In this document: positions 40,244 through 51,899 of the stretch, piece after piece
Numbering within the stretch: the first letter of the stretch is position 1
Layout of the letters: every line of letters starts with the position of its first letter
Assembly: GCA_050273025.1 (NCBI GenBank)
Contig: CP158635.1
Location: 5,270,001-5,334,000 of the forward strand
Direction: 5' to 3'
DNA from: Cenococcum geophilum
Taxonomy: Eukaryota
Length of the DNA: 64,000 nucleotides
Notes under the pieces: generated by a model
Database searches by the model: none
What the model was told of the DNA's origin: nothing
The model's input: the letters and a program-made list of their open reading frames with translations, nothing else
Position numbers and translations under genes: made by a program

Positions 40244-40250
40244 TTTTCCC
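40244..40250 (-). other. Putative -1 ribosomal frameshift heptamer G GGA AAA at the gag/pol junction
   Basis: In copy I the gag frame reads TTG GGA AAA, and the protease frame is -1 relative to it (frames checked in copies A and B). A and B carry the RIP variant TTA GGA AAA. Confidence 0.65.
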
Positions 40251-43200
40251 AACTATTAGCTATTTAATTCTTATATACTTAACTTACTCTTTAGCCAATA
40301 CTTAGTCCGTTTTTTATCTTTAATATACTATAAACAGGTATTCTCTAGATATTCCTACTATCGTTATCTATTTAGGCATTCTTCTATAAGGAATCTTCCT
40401 GGTTAAAGTATTAAGTCCCCTAACTCCTAAACTTCTACTAGATGCCAGCTATATATATACTTAGCATTTTTATACTATCGCTTATCTGGCGCCCAATATA
40501 TCCTTATAGGGTATTTCCAGTTTTTCTCTTTTAGATTTTTGTGCATTTTATATATATCGTCTATATATGCAATTTATAATAGCGCATAGTATACTACGTG
40601 CTTTGGGTCAACTCTTAACTTATCTTCGTCCTTAAGTTTAAACCTTTGTCGTATTAATCTGAACGTCGCAACTTTATTTATAGGTACTAAGACGCGCTTC
40701 TTACTTCTCTAGTCCTCTAATTGTTCCTCTAGATCCTTTAATATTATAATTAAGGCTCCCTTAATATAATTTATTACTTTTTCCGTAATTAGGTGGTCTT
40801 AGATAACTCTTTTATTTAACTATATATAGAAATCTTCCTACTTATTATTATGTCTTTGCCTATACTACTTTTAATATAGCTGCTAAAGTGTATACAGTTT
40901 GTCCGTAAGGAAGTATCTTCTTATTACTGCGTTATAACAGCCTTTTGTATATCATTCCTCGAACCTAGTTAGAATCCCTAGATCCTCTTTATTTTCCAGT
41001 TTAGTAAGCCACTTGGCTCTCAGTATGCCCGTTTTTAGCCTATTAGTAATTCTTTATATAGGTGCTCTGTCCCTTATATAACCTAGTATACTAGATCCTA
41101 TATCTAGTTTCTTTTCTTGCTATATAAGGATTCTTACTCTAAACTCATCTATGGTTTCTTATTATTTACGTCTTATAATTAAATCCTTAAAGTTCTCTTA
41201 CTTTTTAATCGCTATATTAACTTTTCAATCTTTAGGTTAAACACTATGTTTACCTAGTAAGTCTTCTAGGTCTATATATCTGTCTCCTAATCTAACTACT
41301 GTTTATACTGTAGATTCCCTAATCTATAGCGAAGTCCCTTACTTCTTTCTTATGGGTATCCTTATTTGTACTCCAAATCCTTAACCCCTTGGATTCTTTA
41401 ACCCTAAGCTTACTTCTTTCTTAAGCTGCGCTCTAGCCTTAGTCTAACTAGGCTTTACTAGTGTCCTTATCTCGTCTTAAGAGTTCTAGATCTCACTTGT
41501 CTTGTTTTAAAAGTCTTATACTTTTAGGAAACTTTGTCCTAAGCTTATTTATATATTACTAAACTAAGCTATTACTCTATTCTATCGGTTTTTATCCGTT
41601 ATAGGTCCTTAAGTATACCTCATCTTATCTTAAGAATCTTAGTTATCTCTTATCTCGTCTTAAGAGTCTTAAGCCTTTAGCCTTTTACCTTTATTAAGTA
41701 GTAAGCTAGTACTAGCAGTTATCTGCTTGCTTAATCGTCTCTAGATATTACTCCTTCCGTCTTATAAAGCAATAGATGCCGTATTTAACGGTATTATAAT
41801 ACCCGTTACTAAACCTTACTTTATAGCAATCTTAGTCTCTGCTTCTATTACATTATTAAGGTTTAGATACCCCCAGTTAGTTCCTTTACTGTCCTTATTG
41901 CTGTTAATTAATAAGTACTCCGACTCCATTATTATTATTACTAATCTTTATCTACACGTTGCTGTAATATCTTAATCTAGCTTATAGAGTCGATCTTATT
42001 CTTTATCTAACTCTTTAGTTCCTTTAAGTCCTTTTAACTCTAGCTCTTATAGCTAATAGCTTACACTATACTTAGCGTCTTTATAAATTTAGTATATGTT
42101 ATTATAACAAAACGCAAAACTTCTAATTAAATATTCTTTTGTTCCTTGCAGTATACTATTATCCCTCTATATATATGTATTATATACTGCTAGTCTAATT
42201 CCCTTTACTATATGGTAACTCTAACTACTTCTACAGTCCCTAATAAAATAACCCTGTTTTCCGTAATTTATATAAGCTCTATCTTTAAACCATTACTTTT
42301 ATTATAAAGTCCGCTTAAACATCTTCTACTACTAAGATCCTTGGTTTAGCCTATACTCCCTAGTCCTATAATTACTTAATCCTTAACCTCTAAGTTTCTA
42401 TAGTTTCTTACTCTATCTCTTATAGGTTTCTTTAGTACTACTTAGGTCTATTAGCTCTACGCCATACTATATTTTTTAATTTAGCTTAGGTTGTTACGTA
42501 CTCTATATTTTATACAACTATAAAACTCTATCCTAGCCCTTCTTAGCCTATTCCCTTTAGTAGATCCTATTATTAATCTTTATTGCTTAATCTATTAGTT
42601 CCCTTAAGGTATCCGCATCTTCTATTAGGATAATTACGTCCTAGACTTTAGCCTTAAGTCCCTATTTATACTATACTATAAGCGCCCTATTATTCCACTT
42701 AACTTATATTACTAGCGTTTAGAACTGCGTTATATACTTAATTACTAAAGTTTATTACGTAATATCTTAGAGTTTTCTTTCCGCTATAGTCGTTGCCTCT
42801 AGGTCTCTAAACATCTACGTAAGTCGCTCTACAAATCCGCCCTAGCTTAAGAATATAAACCGTACCTCTTAGTTTGTAGTCGTTATTCTATTTACTTATA
42901 TCTCTATAAGGTAAGGCTTAAACTACTTAAGTACCCTTCCTAATAAGAACAATCCTATATACGCTACTTAATCCATAGGTGTTAGTAGCTTAGCTCCCTC
43001 TTATAAAACCTTAAAGTGCATTTACGTAAGAAATCCTTTAAACTTTAATCTTTTAATTAATAGTAGCTTAATCTTCGCTGCTCCTATCCCATTAATCCTA
43101 TTTTTAAGTATCGCATTATTTTCCGTTAGTTAGTCAACTATCTCTTATAACTGTCCTACTATTACAGGTTATTATAAGTTAGTGTTTGCTATACTAGTAT

Positions 43201-44145
43201 CGTTACCTAATTTTAAAGTAGTTGCCGCCGTTAATAGCGTTATAGTAGCTGCTTTTAGTGGCATGTTATTTAACTTATTAAAACTATAACCGTGGTAGTA
43301 ATTATATAACGGAGCCTTATAGCAGGAACTATAGTAGACTTATTAATGGGCTAGGTATATAGGTATTATAAGTAAGTTAACAACGTAATAACAACTAGTG
43401 GAGTAGTTACCCAACAGATTAACTCTAATTATATTCTAAGAATCACTATAAGGAAGGAACTATCTAGGTAGGGACCAAGGGTCCTTAAATACACAACCGT
43501 ACTCCTATAAAATCCTCCTTGTACGTAATATACGTATTATACATATTATACGTGGGCGTACACCGCGTACACTGCGTATACTGCGTATAACATTATATGA
43601 CTCACTTACCATTCCTCGTCATATGGTTCCACGGGTTCCATCCTGGACCGTGCCTATATTAACTAACTAGCTTCTTCCAACTCTTCTCCAAGTAGTTATA
43701 ACATTGTATTTAAAGCGTCCGTAATAAGCACGGAGCTAGAGTAGAAGCTAGCTTAGATATACTAATAGTAAGAGACAAAGATACTGGGTAGATATAAGGA
43801 AGGCACTAGACCAACGGCAGCTAGAGAACTGTCGCTAAAACTAGACAACCGTTTAAACGACCAGCTAGCGAACACCAGAGCCTTAATATAGGCCTATTAC
43901 CAAATCAAATTAAGGCCTCCTATAGAGACACTAACACTATAACCAGTTGCAGCTATTACGCTATAGACGCCCTTCCGAAACGCTAGCCTATATTAGCACC
44001 AGCCTTATCGGCACCAGTTACGACGACCATAACGTTACCAAATTTAACGTCTTAACGTTACTAGAGTTACCAAGTAACTACCTTAAGATCTACCTTAATT
44101 ACAGATTAAATGACTACCTCAAATGCAGATTAAATTACTATACCT

Positions 44146-44272
44146 CTTTAAATACAGTCTCCTAAGAGGCTAGGAAGGATACCTTTTTGAATATAGTCTC
44201 TTAAGAGGCTAGAGAGGACATATCTTTAAACATAGTCTCCTAAGAGGCTAAGGAGGATATCTCTTTAAATAT
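44146..44272. repeat. 39-bp tandem repeat x3 inside element H
   Basis: Three units of tttaaatacagtctcctaagaggctaggaaggatacctt and variants. Confidence 0.85.
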
Positions 44273-44608
44273 AGCTCTATATCTAGAGATATAAAGCTAA
44301 GGAGATATATTCTAAAACGACCCTTCTTTTTTTACTCCTATTTAATACAGTTTCTACCTTTATTTTTCTTTCTATAGCTTTAACTACACCGTCAAATCTA
44401 GGGGGATGTGTAACCGACTACCGGACCTTATATATTACCCTATTTCACCTGCGTTAGTACTACCCTCATATGTCTTGGATACGTTTGATATAAGTCATAG
44501 GCTCCGGAGTTAGGGGTCTACTTTTATATATTTATACCACTTGATTTCCATAGATTTACAATCAAGTTGCTTGTTTAATTCCCATACACTGCAAAGCTTA
44601 CATCTACC

Positions 44609-46475
44609 ATAGCTTTTAACCCACCCCCCTAGAAGGTATACGACTTTCCGGAGCTTGTAATTAACGATATTAATAAGTTTATAAAAGGCCAAGGCTATAC
44701 AGTTGCGACTTTCCGATCTAAAACTGACAAGTAGACACCACCGACTGTGCGAAAGATATGGCTTTGGTGTACCAAAGGCCGCACCTATGCCGACACCTCC
44801 AGAACGCGCTTTACTGGCTCTCGCATAACAGAATGTCCCTTTAAAGCTACACTAACGCGTACACCAATTGGCTGGGGCTTAGAAGTTAAAGATCCTGCTT
44901 ATAATCACGCAGCAGCTGTTAATCCAATTGCTCTACCGCAACACCGTTAGCGTACTTATAATATAAACAAAACGATTGCTAATATATCGAGCAGTAGTAT
45001 TAGGGCTGGTAAAATACTTACAAATCTGCTAAAGAAGGATATTACAATAAGCATTTAGGATATCTATAACGAACGGAAGGTGCACAAGAAAAGAGCTCTT
45101 AGAGGCCTTACCTCTATTCAAGCGTTAATTAAAGCTCTTAGTAACTATGGTGGCGATAACCCTAAATCAAAATACTACTTCGCGCATAAGGAGGACGATA
45201 GCAATCGCGTTAAGTACTTATTCTTTACTCATCTAAAATTAATTAAGTTCTTCTAAAAGAATCCTAACATTTTACTACTTAACTATACCTACAAAACGAA
45301 CAAGTTTAAGATGCCCTTCCTACATATAGTAGGGGTTAGTAATACTAAGCAGACCTTTAAGCTTGCTTACTACTTTCTACTGGGCAAAACGGAGGTTAAT
45401 TACGGCTTCGCAATTTAACAACTTTATCTCCTCTACCACCGTTATAGTTTAAAGCCCAAAGTCATAATTACGGATAAGGAACAGGCGCTCAAAAATACAC
45501 TGCGTAAGTACTTCCCTAGGGTCCCTCAGCTCCTCTGCCTATAGCACATTGCTAAGAACGTCCTTACGCATATATAAAGTAACTGGGTAATATAAGGAGA
45601 CTTATCTAATAAGGAGAAGGAAGGGATTCAAGAGCATCGCGATAACTTTATAAAGCGCTAGGTAGATTACTACAGCCAAAATATATTAGAGAAATTCACT
45701 ATAGCCTAGGACCAGCTTATAGAGGACTATAATAATCAGAAATAACTCATTAACTACTTTAAAAATAAGTAGTGGCCATATAGGAGAGAGTTCGCCACCT
45801 GCTACACGGATCTGTTTATACATTTCGGAAATCGGTAAGTTAAAAAGTGGTACTATATAGGGTATCTAGACCACCGGCTAACTAAAAGCACTTAGTATTA
45901 CATTATAACTTAAGGGCGCGCACGCCAAATTAAAGCTATTCCTTTAAGTTTCCACCGGCGATCTATTTAACATTATCTTAAATATTAGGAACTTTATTAA
46001 AAACGACGTAAACAAGCATAGAGTAACCCTAGCTTACTACTAAGACAGCCCACCGTATAACGTTCGCGAGCCGGAGTTTAATAATATCCTATCAAAGTAA
46101 CGCCTTAGTGCCTCCGTTACCTTAAGGCCCAACTAAAGCTTACAAAGTCTCCTAATTACCAGCCAATTTGCAGCGGCGTATAGACTGCGGTATACGGCCT
46201 CCCCTACTGCCACATAATCTACCGGTAGCTGCACCGAAGCGCTACCTTAGTGCTAAAGATTCAGCTTACCAAAATTGATATACACTAGTGGTTTAATCGT
46301 CCTCAGTTAAATCTACCTCCCGGCCCACCTATTAATCCTCTACTTCTTATCCAACAGCCTCTAACTGTTAAGCGCCGCCGCGGTCACCCAGCTGGCTTTA
46401 TTCGCGTTAATACATCGACCCGTTACGAGCCATTAGCATTTAAACAGAACAACGAGTATACTACGCGTGGGCGTA

Positions 46476-46509
<34 letters not shown>

Positions 46510-46620
46510 TGGGCGTGGGCGTGGGCGCGGGCGTGCTCGCAAAGGCAGTTCGTAGACATTAAGCAGAGGTAGCAGCACCCAAATAAGTTTGCGCGGCGCC
46601 TTATAGGAGACTACGTAATC
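44609..46620 (+). pseudogene. MULE transposase with FAR1/WRKY-like N-terminus
   Basis: LWCTKG...ITECPFKA...YNH, LLLNYTYKTNKFKMPFLHIVG (DCTYKTN), VIITDKEQALKN, LLCL*HIAKNV and KGAHAKLK. Probable intron GTAAGT...GCTAAC...TAG at ~45835-45895. C-terminal RG repeat. Ends approximate. Confidence 0.88.
46465..46534 (+). repeat. (CGYGGG)n hexamer array encoding poly-(Arg-Gly)
   Basis: About 11 cgcggg/cgtggg units near the end of the MULE transposase. Confidence 0.9.
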
Positions 46621-47628
46621 CAATTAATTAACTCGGGGGTAGGTATGGGGGGTTACAGGTAGTGTAAATAATGGTAGAACTTAAGATACTATTGGAGGTG
46701 CCTCGCCCGATATTGGCGGTGATATTTAGCAGGCTTTTAGAGGCCTAGGAGCTCTGCCCTTTTATAAAAACTTTGCTAAGGGCTCCCTTAGTACATTCTA
46801 ACTTTAATTTAAACTCTATTAGTTATACTATAGTTAAAATTAAGACTTAATTAAGGTACTACAGTCATAAAAGTTATATTTTAACAATTTAATTTTCGCA
46901 ATACAGATGCAAACAACTTAAACCCACGTGATATTCTAACTTAATCAGGAAGGAACTAAACTTAATTAGTGGGGGGTGTCCGTATATCAATTAGGGGGTG
47001 TCCGCATATTAATTAGGGGGTGTCCCTTTACCATTTCCCTAAATATATAATACTGCGCCTAAGAAATATACTAAATACGTTAGTACGTTAGTATGTCAAT
47101 ACGTTATATTCCTATATTCCTATATTTCTACATTCTAAACTTATAACGTAACTAGCCTTATAACTTAGCTACCCCTTATCCTATAGCTTAATTAATTTTA
47201 GCGCCTCCTGTACTATCTTAACTAACCTATTTATATCTCTTCTTGTTGTACTACTATTAATATAAGGTCCGTAATAAGGCTCTTTTTAAAGGCATATAAG
47301 ATAAATATATATTAACGACTATAACCTATAAGAACATACTAATTGCTTATTTGCTATATTACTAAACAACTAGATAAGTAACGAGCTAGCTTATTTACGG
47401 CTAATAAAGATATTTACTCGATATGTAAAGCTAAAGGTAAAGGATATTACCCCTAGAAAGGACCACTAACTTTTAATTATTAATGGGTACGGTTCTTATA
47501 TTAATATAAAGTTTATTAACTACTACCACCATTCCCGTATACTACTATGTATTTTTCCACCTTATTTAACGCATAGATTATAGCCCCTTAATATATCTAT
47601 CTTTTTACCACTCTTAATATACTATTTT

Positions 47629-47896
47629 TGTCACGATGACAATATATTATATACGAACGCTAGATAAACAGGCATTAGATTTGAAGAATTAATAGCTATA
47701 TATAGCTGTCGTAAAGACTTAAGAGGATTGCTAAAGAGCTTAATAGGAATGTAGCCGCGGCTAAATCTATATAGGTATATCGGGGCAGATAAACTATCTG
47801 CTAAATAATACTAAATAAAGAAAGAAAACGAAGGAAGGAATCCTATAACGCTAGCTACGCGTACGGCGTAGCGCATAGAACGGTAGTCCCGTAATA
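47629..47896. mobile_element. Solo LTR J (268 bp) inside the pogo transposase
   Basis: Ends TGTCACG...CGTAATA (RIP form of CGTGACA). TSD ATTTT at 47624-47628 and 47897-47901. Removing it restores the transposase frame (YYF*KLADF). Confidence 0.85.
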
Positions 47897-48880
47897 ATTT
47901 TTAAAAACTCGCCGACTTTCTTATAAAATTATAAGGTTTTATGCGCTTTATAAAGAGAGACTTCTTCCGTATATTCTAGGCTGCAAATAAGAAGGCTATA
48001 TTACCTAAAAATATAACCAATAAATAGAGAAAAACCAACATTTACCCATAGGATCCCAGCGTAGTTTTAAAGCTATTTAGTACCCTAAAGACCAAGTAGC
48101 TATTATCTAGTAAATCTATAAGGTTAATTCTATCTACTGGATACTGGCGGCGTATAGAAAATTAGCTAAGGAAGGTAGTAATAGACTTCTATAATACTAA
48201 GGTAAAGGAATTAGTAGAAGATATATAGGAGCTCTATACCACGAAGGCCCTTCTTAAGAATAAGATTAAGGGGTTATAAGAGTCTCTTAAGATAGAGCAG
48301 AACAAGGAGAAGCGGCAGAAGCCTATATTTTAATAATTACAGTCTATAAGTAAAGGAAAAGCTTAGTTCTAGTCTCCTTTAAAGGTAGAAGCGGTAAGGG
48401 AGATACATAAAGAAAAAGAAGATGCTTTAGCATATAATATCGCCGCTAAAGCAAAGGAGAAGATCTAGAGGTAACTAGTAAAGGAAGAGAAGGAGAGACA
48501 GAGGGAAATAAATAAGAAAATTAGATAGGATAATAAGATTCTTAGGGAGAACGCGGAGTAGGAAAGAAAGCGTTAAGTTTAGGAGGCATATAAGGCTAAG
48601 CAAGAGGAAAAATAGCTCTAAATAGACTTAAAGGCTGCACGGCAGAGGAAGGGCAGTAACTATGTTATATTTGACGTTCCTAACGAGCCTTCTATTAAGG
48701 CTACTCGTACTATAGAAGAGGGAGTGGTAAAATTATTAAGTGGGCGCCCTGAGCGTTAAAGGAGGCCTCCTAAGAAGTTTGATAATTCTGAGATTTACAT
48801 AGAATGAAAGCGCGAACTTTAAATATGGATCTACTGGCTCAACGTCTGTATAGAAATTCGTATACGTTGAGTAGCCTCAT

Positions 48881-49479
48881 TTACCTCAGCGAGCTCAGAC
48901 GTGAATTTGATTGGAGCGGATGTTCCTTCGGCCCGTTAATAAGTTGACTAACATCCACCAAAATCACGTAAGAGCGTTTGGCGAGTTTTGTTAAAAGCAT
49001 AAGTAAAAATCTTAGTTTTAGCAATTTTATAAGGGGATTTCCTCCACAATATAATAAAATAAAGTCTCTAAAAGTTAATATATAAATTTTAGGGGGCTAC
49101 TTTATATATTAAAGTGCTTTAAATTGTATTATCCCCTCCCAAATCTAAGATTAATTTCTTTAAAGTTGAAATTCCTGTTATTAAAAGTATAAGCACTTTT
49201 TATATAGGCCCGTACGGGCCTATATAAAAATATAAAAAGCCTAAAATCTTATAATCTATAGAGCTTAATCTCCTGAGTAATTTAATATAATTTTTACCTT
49301 AAAATATGTTGTGGGGATGTTGATTAATTTTGTTGGGGTTTGTGAGTATTCCTTACTAAAAAAGCTTCTGTTTCCATACAAATCTCGCCAAAGTGCCTCA
49401 GACCAAGAAATCGATCAAATATCCGAAGGAGATTAGCGCGCCAGCGCAATCGATTTCTTAGTCTGAGCTTCTGAGGTAA
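48881..49479. mobile_element. Mutator-type MITE (599 bp)
   Basis: TIRs ttacctcagcgagctcagac / gtctgagcttctgaggtaa. Perfect 9-bp TSD TAGCCTCAT at 48872-48880 and 49480-49488. Confidence 0.85.
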
Positions 49480-51899
49480 TAGCCTCATTTGAAAATACAC
49501 TGTTTAGTAAGGGAGATCCGTGCACGACGTAGCGGTGCGCACGGTCTGACGACAACTTCTATTTTCAACCTTCCAGATTGAGTATGACAAAATCTTCTGT
49601 GTAGTGACAGCATTTTTCTAGAACCTCGCTCAGCTTTTCAATTCAGCTTCAGCCTTGTCGTTTTGTGATACGATCGGTGGTATACCTTTTCGTGTTGCGT
49701 AAGCTTCCTACCACGTAAGGAGTTCCTATTTTCGGAACACGAAACTGAAAGACTCTCCTTCCACAGTGGCTTACGATTTACGGACCTTTGCTTACCAGAT
49801 TTAAACTACCAAGGCGTGGAGCGCTCGTGACCTTTCGGCCTGAATAGATATATCATGTCAGAAATGGCGGTGGGGAAGTTCGGGGTGTGCAGCATGCTGA
49901 TCCTTGATCCTTGTCCGTTGACCGCCGCACCTTCGTATCTTATGTAGGCCTAAGACTAGGCTGACACCACGCACGTTCATTCTTGCTAAACCTATTATCT
50001 AGAAGAAGTTTATACATTCTACGCTAGGAAAGTTAAGAGCGTGCATTACTGTGTGAGCCGGGACGGAGTTCGGATCCCCTTTTCCCTCTGCCGAGCATAT
50101 ACGTCGACCTAGAATGCTATGGCAAGTGGCGGAGCAAAACGTTATTTAAGGCCAGCAATGTGAGTCCTATTTGCATAGATTCATTGTAGGCCTTGAACTG
50201 AACAGTGTATTTCCCGACAAAGGGAGCGCCAGGTTTAATTCGATGGGGAACGATCCGTGAGCGGCCCTCGATGTATCCGATACTAAGCTCGCCAGTAGTC
50301 CAAGTATTAACATAATTCGCCAAGTAATGCGAGTACGGACTTGAGATTTAACCCGAATAGCCTTTATTATTTATTTGCGTGTTATATAAGCTAGACTAAT
50401 AAGTCTATCTAAAGCTACATCATTTCAGGGTCAAACGTAGACGAAGGCGAAGACTGAGTAAGACTGAGTGGTACTTCTGCGCTCTCAAAAAACGTGGCCG
50501 CTCACCCTCCAAGAATAAGAACTCAAGAGAATAAGACAAGTATCAAGGAGGTGGTCTCTCTCCACGAACTTACAACTCACTCCGGGCAAGTATTGGTGCT
50601 GGTCATAGGCGGAGAAGATTAGCAATGGAGGCCTTTATCAAGTAATTTTGACGAAGCTTATCTCTGTGGCTACTCAGATGGTGCAGGACATCACTCCTTC
50701 AAGCTGCTGAAGCGCATCAATTAGATATCTAGATATTGTGCAACGATCAACCTCAAGGTCTGGAGAAGCGGAACCGGCTTCTTGTTCCGTATGGATTTTC
50801 TCTTCATGGGCCGCTGCTGTCCAGTGATACGCGTTGCTGTTTACACGCTTGTCCCCGCTGCGCGGCAAGCCTGAAGACTCGCAGTGCAATTGCAGCATTC
50901 ATTTTCCAAGGTATATTCATCGTAGAAAGTGAAGAGCTTCTTGACTGTATTTGGTAGAGACGGTAGTGTGTGAAGGCTGAATGCGAATGCGGTGACGCCA
51001 ATGAAAGATGGGGATCTACCCTGGGGCAGTCTTAAAATGCTCATGGAGCAGGGAGTCGCTGACAAAAGCAATTGTTGTGCCAGTCGTTAGGAATTCTTCA
51101 CATAAAGGTACACATATTTCGGATAATGTGTCGTCCTTTAAGCAGCTCCTTGAACAGGAGCAAATAATGCAAAAATTAGGCAGAGATGAAGTAGCCGCAG
51201 CAATACTGTTCGGATTATTACGTGCCTTCCATAAAACAGTATTTGTCCTTTCCTATGGCCCAGGATGACCCAAGGATTTTAGCAGGTACCAGTCTAATGT
51301 GAAGAGAATGGATCGATGGGATCTGGGCTTGGATGGCCAAAGAGACGTACAGACACTTCGGAACTGTTTTTCTAAGCTCCTAGGAGCAAGACACCGAAGG
51401 AGCCTTTCCGACTCGAGCGTACTGCGTCCCATTGACACTGTTGTTTATTTGTACTAAGTATTATGCTGGTATAACGATAGATTGATGGTAATAGGCTACC
51501 GTTTCCCGGATATATGCTGAACGTCTCTCATGGCTATACTTATTTGTAAGTGTTTTATAGAGCTCTGCACCTCTGAAGAGTTTAGCTGTCAGAAACTAGT
51601 TAGGAATTAACGTCTGAATGGTAAGTTGCACGTAGTAGATTTGAGAAAAGAGAAAGTGACCAAAAGTTGTGCACGCTGCATATCTATACCCGAATGGACC
51701 ATATGAACCATGAAGATATTACAATTGAGTAAACATGGCTTATGAACTCGAAAAAGCGGTCCGACAGTCACAATAATTATTAGCAGCAAACACCATCGAC
51801 GCCTCATCAAACTCCACTCTGATGCTCACATGTATAGCCTATTATGTCAGCCGCAACCCGAAACCCTCTCCTAAACTTCTGGTGGTAATAGAACCAACG

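Larger units (their letters stand above)
35713..43726 (-). mobile_element. Ty3/Gypsy chromovirus copy I, full length, inserted in element H
   Basis: 422-bp LTRs at 35713-36134 and 43305-43726. TSD AGCAC at 35708-35712 and 43727-43731. Gag ATG at 43264. Collinear with copy B. Confidence 0.95.
35099..44602 (+). mobile_element. Non-autonomous LTR element H (TRIM-like, ~1.5 kb without the nested Gypsy)
   Basis: 194-bp LTRs at 35099-35292 and 44409-44602. TSD TCTAC at 35094-35098 and 44603-44607. PBS-like gttataagccc (cf. Copia GGTTATGAGCCC) and PPT tagggggatg. Internal ~1.1 kb has no recognisable ORF. Confidence 0.88.
34900..47039 (+). mobile_element. Mutator/MULE DNA transposon G
   Basis: ~135-bp TIRs at 34900-35035 and 46904-47039, starting GGGAA and containing three gacaccccc units. 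8-bp TSD TAAATATA at 34892-34899 and 47040-47047. Confidence 0.92.
34735..47276 (-). mobile_element. Solo LTR F (~394 bp; 34735-34899 + 47048-47276), related to the Gypsy A/B/I LTRs
   Basis: TSD AGGCT at 34730-34734 and 47277-47281. Shares gttgcctaatagattaactctaattatattctaaga and the ...gtccgtaata terminus with the A/B/I LTRs. Removing it rejoins the pogo frame. Confidence 0.85.
34004..48807 (+). mobile_element. pogo/Fot1-like (Tc1/mariner) transposon, RIP-degraded; transposase pieces 34096-34734, 47282-47628 and 47902-48807
   Basis: Probable left TIR (C>T)AGTAGCTCCACGTCA...GGCCACCCCACTC after TA. N-terminal (M)DPIELA...STLS HTH-like region. Motifs YNIDKKDF (YNMDEKGF-like, ~34550), LIINGYGSY (DGHGSH, ~47475) and PPYLTHRL*PLNI (PHSTHxLQPLDV, ~47560). 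Right TIR not found. Confidence 0.85.

Noticed and set aside
44146..44272. Regular 39-bp repeats resembling a CRISPR array
   Set aside because: Head-to-tail tandem repeats with no unique spacers, in a eukaryotic transposon context.
46423..46623. Minus-strand ORF with a poly-RP tract
   Set aside because: Antisense reading of the RG hexamer repeat in the MULE transposase.
50117..51438. Short ORFs that might be a decayed gene, including a hydrophobic stretch LLRLLHLCLIFALFAPVQGAA on the minus strand
   Set aside because: No recognisable domain, in-frame stops, and no consistent exon structure.
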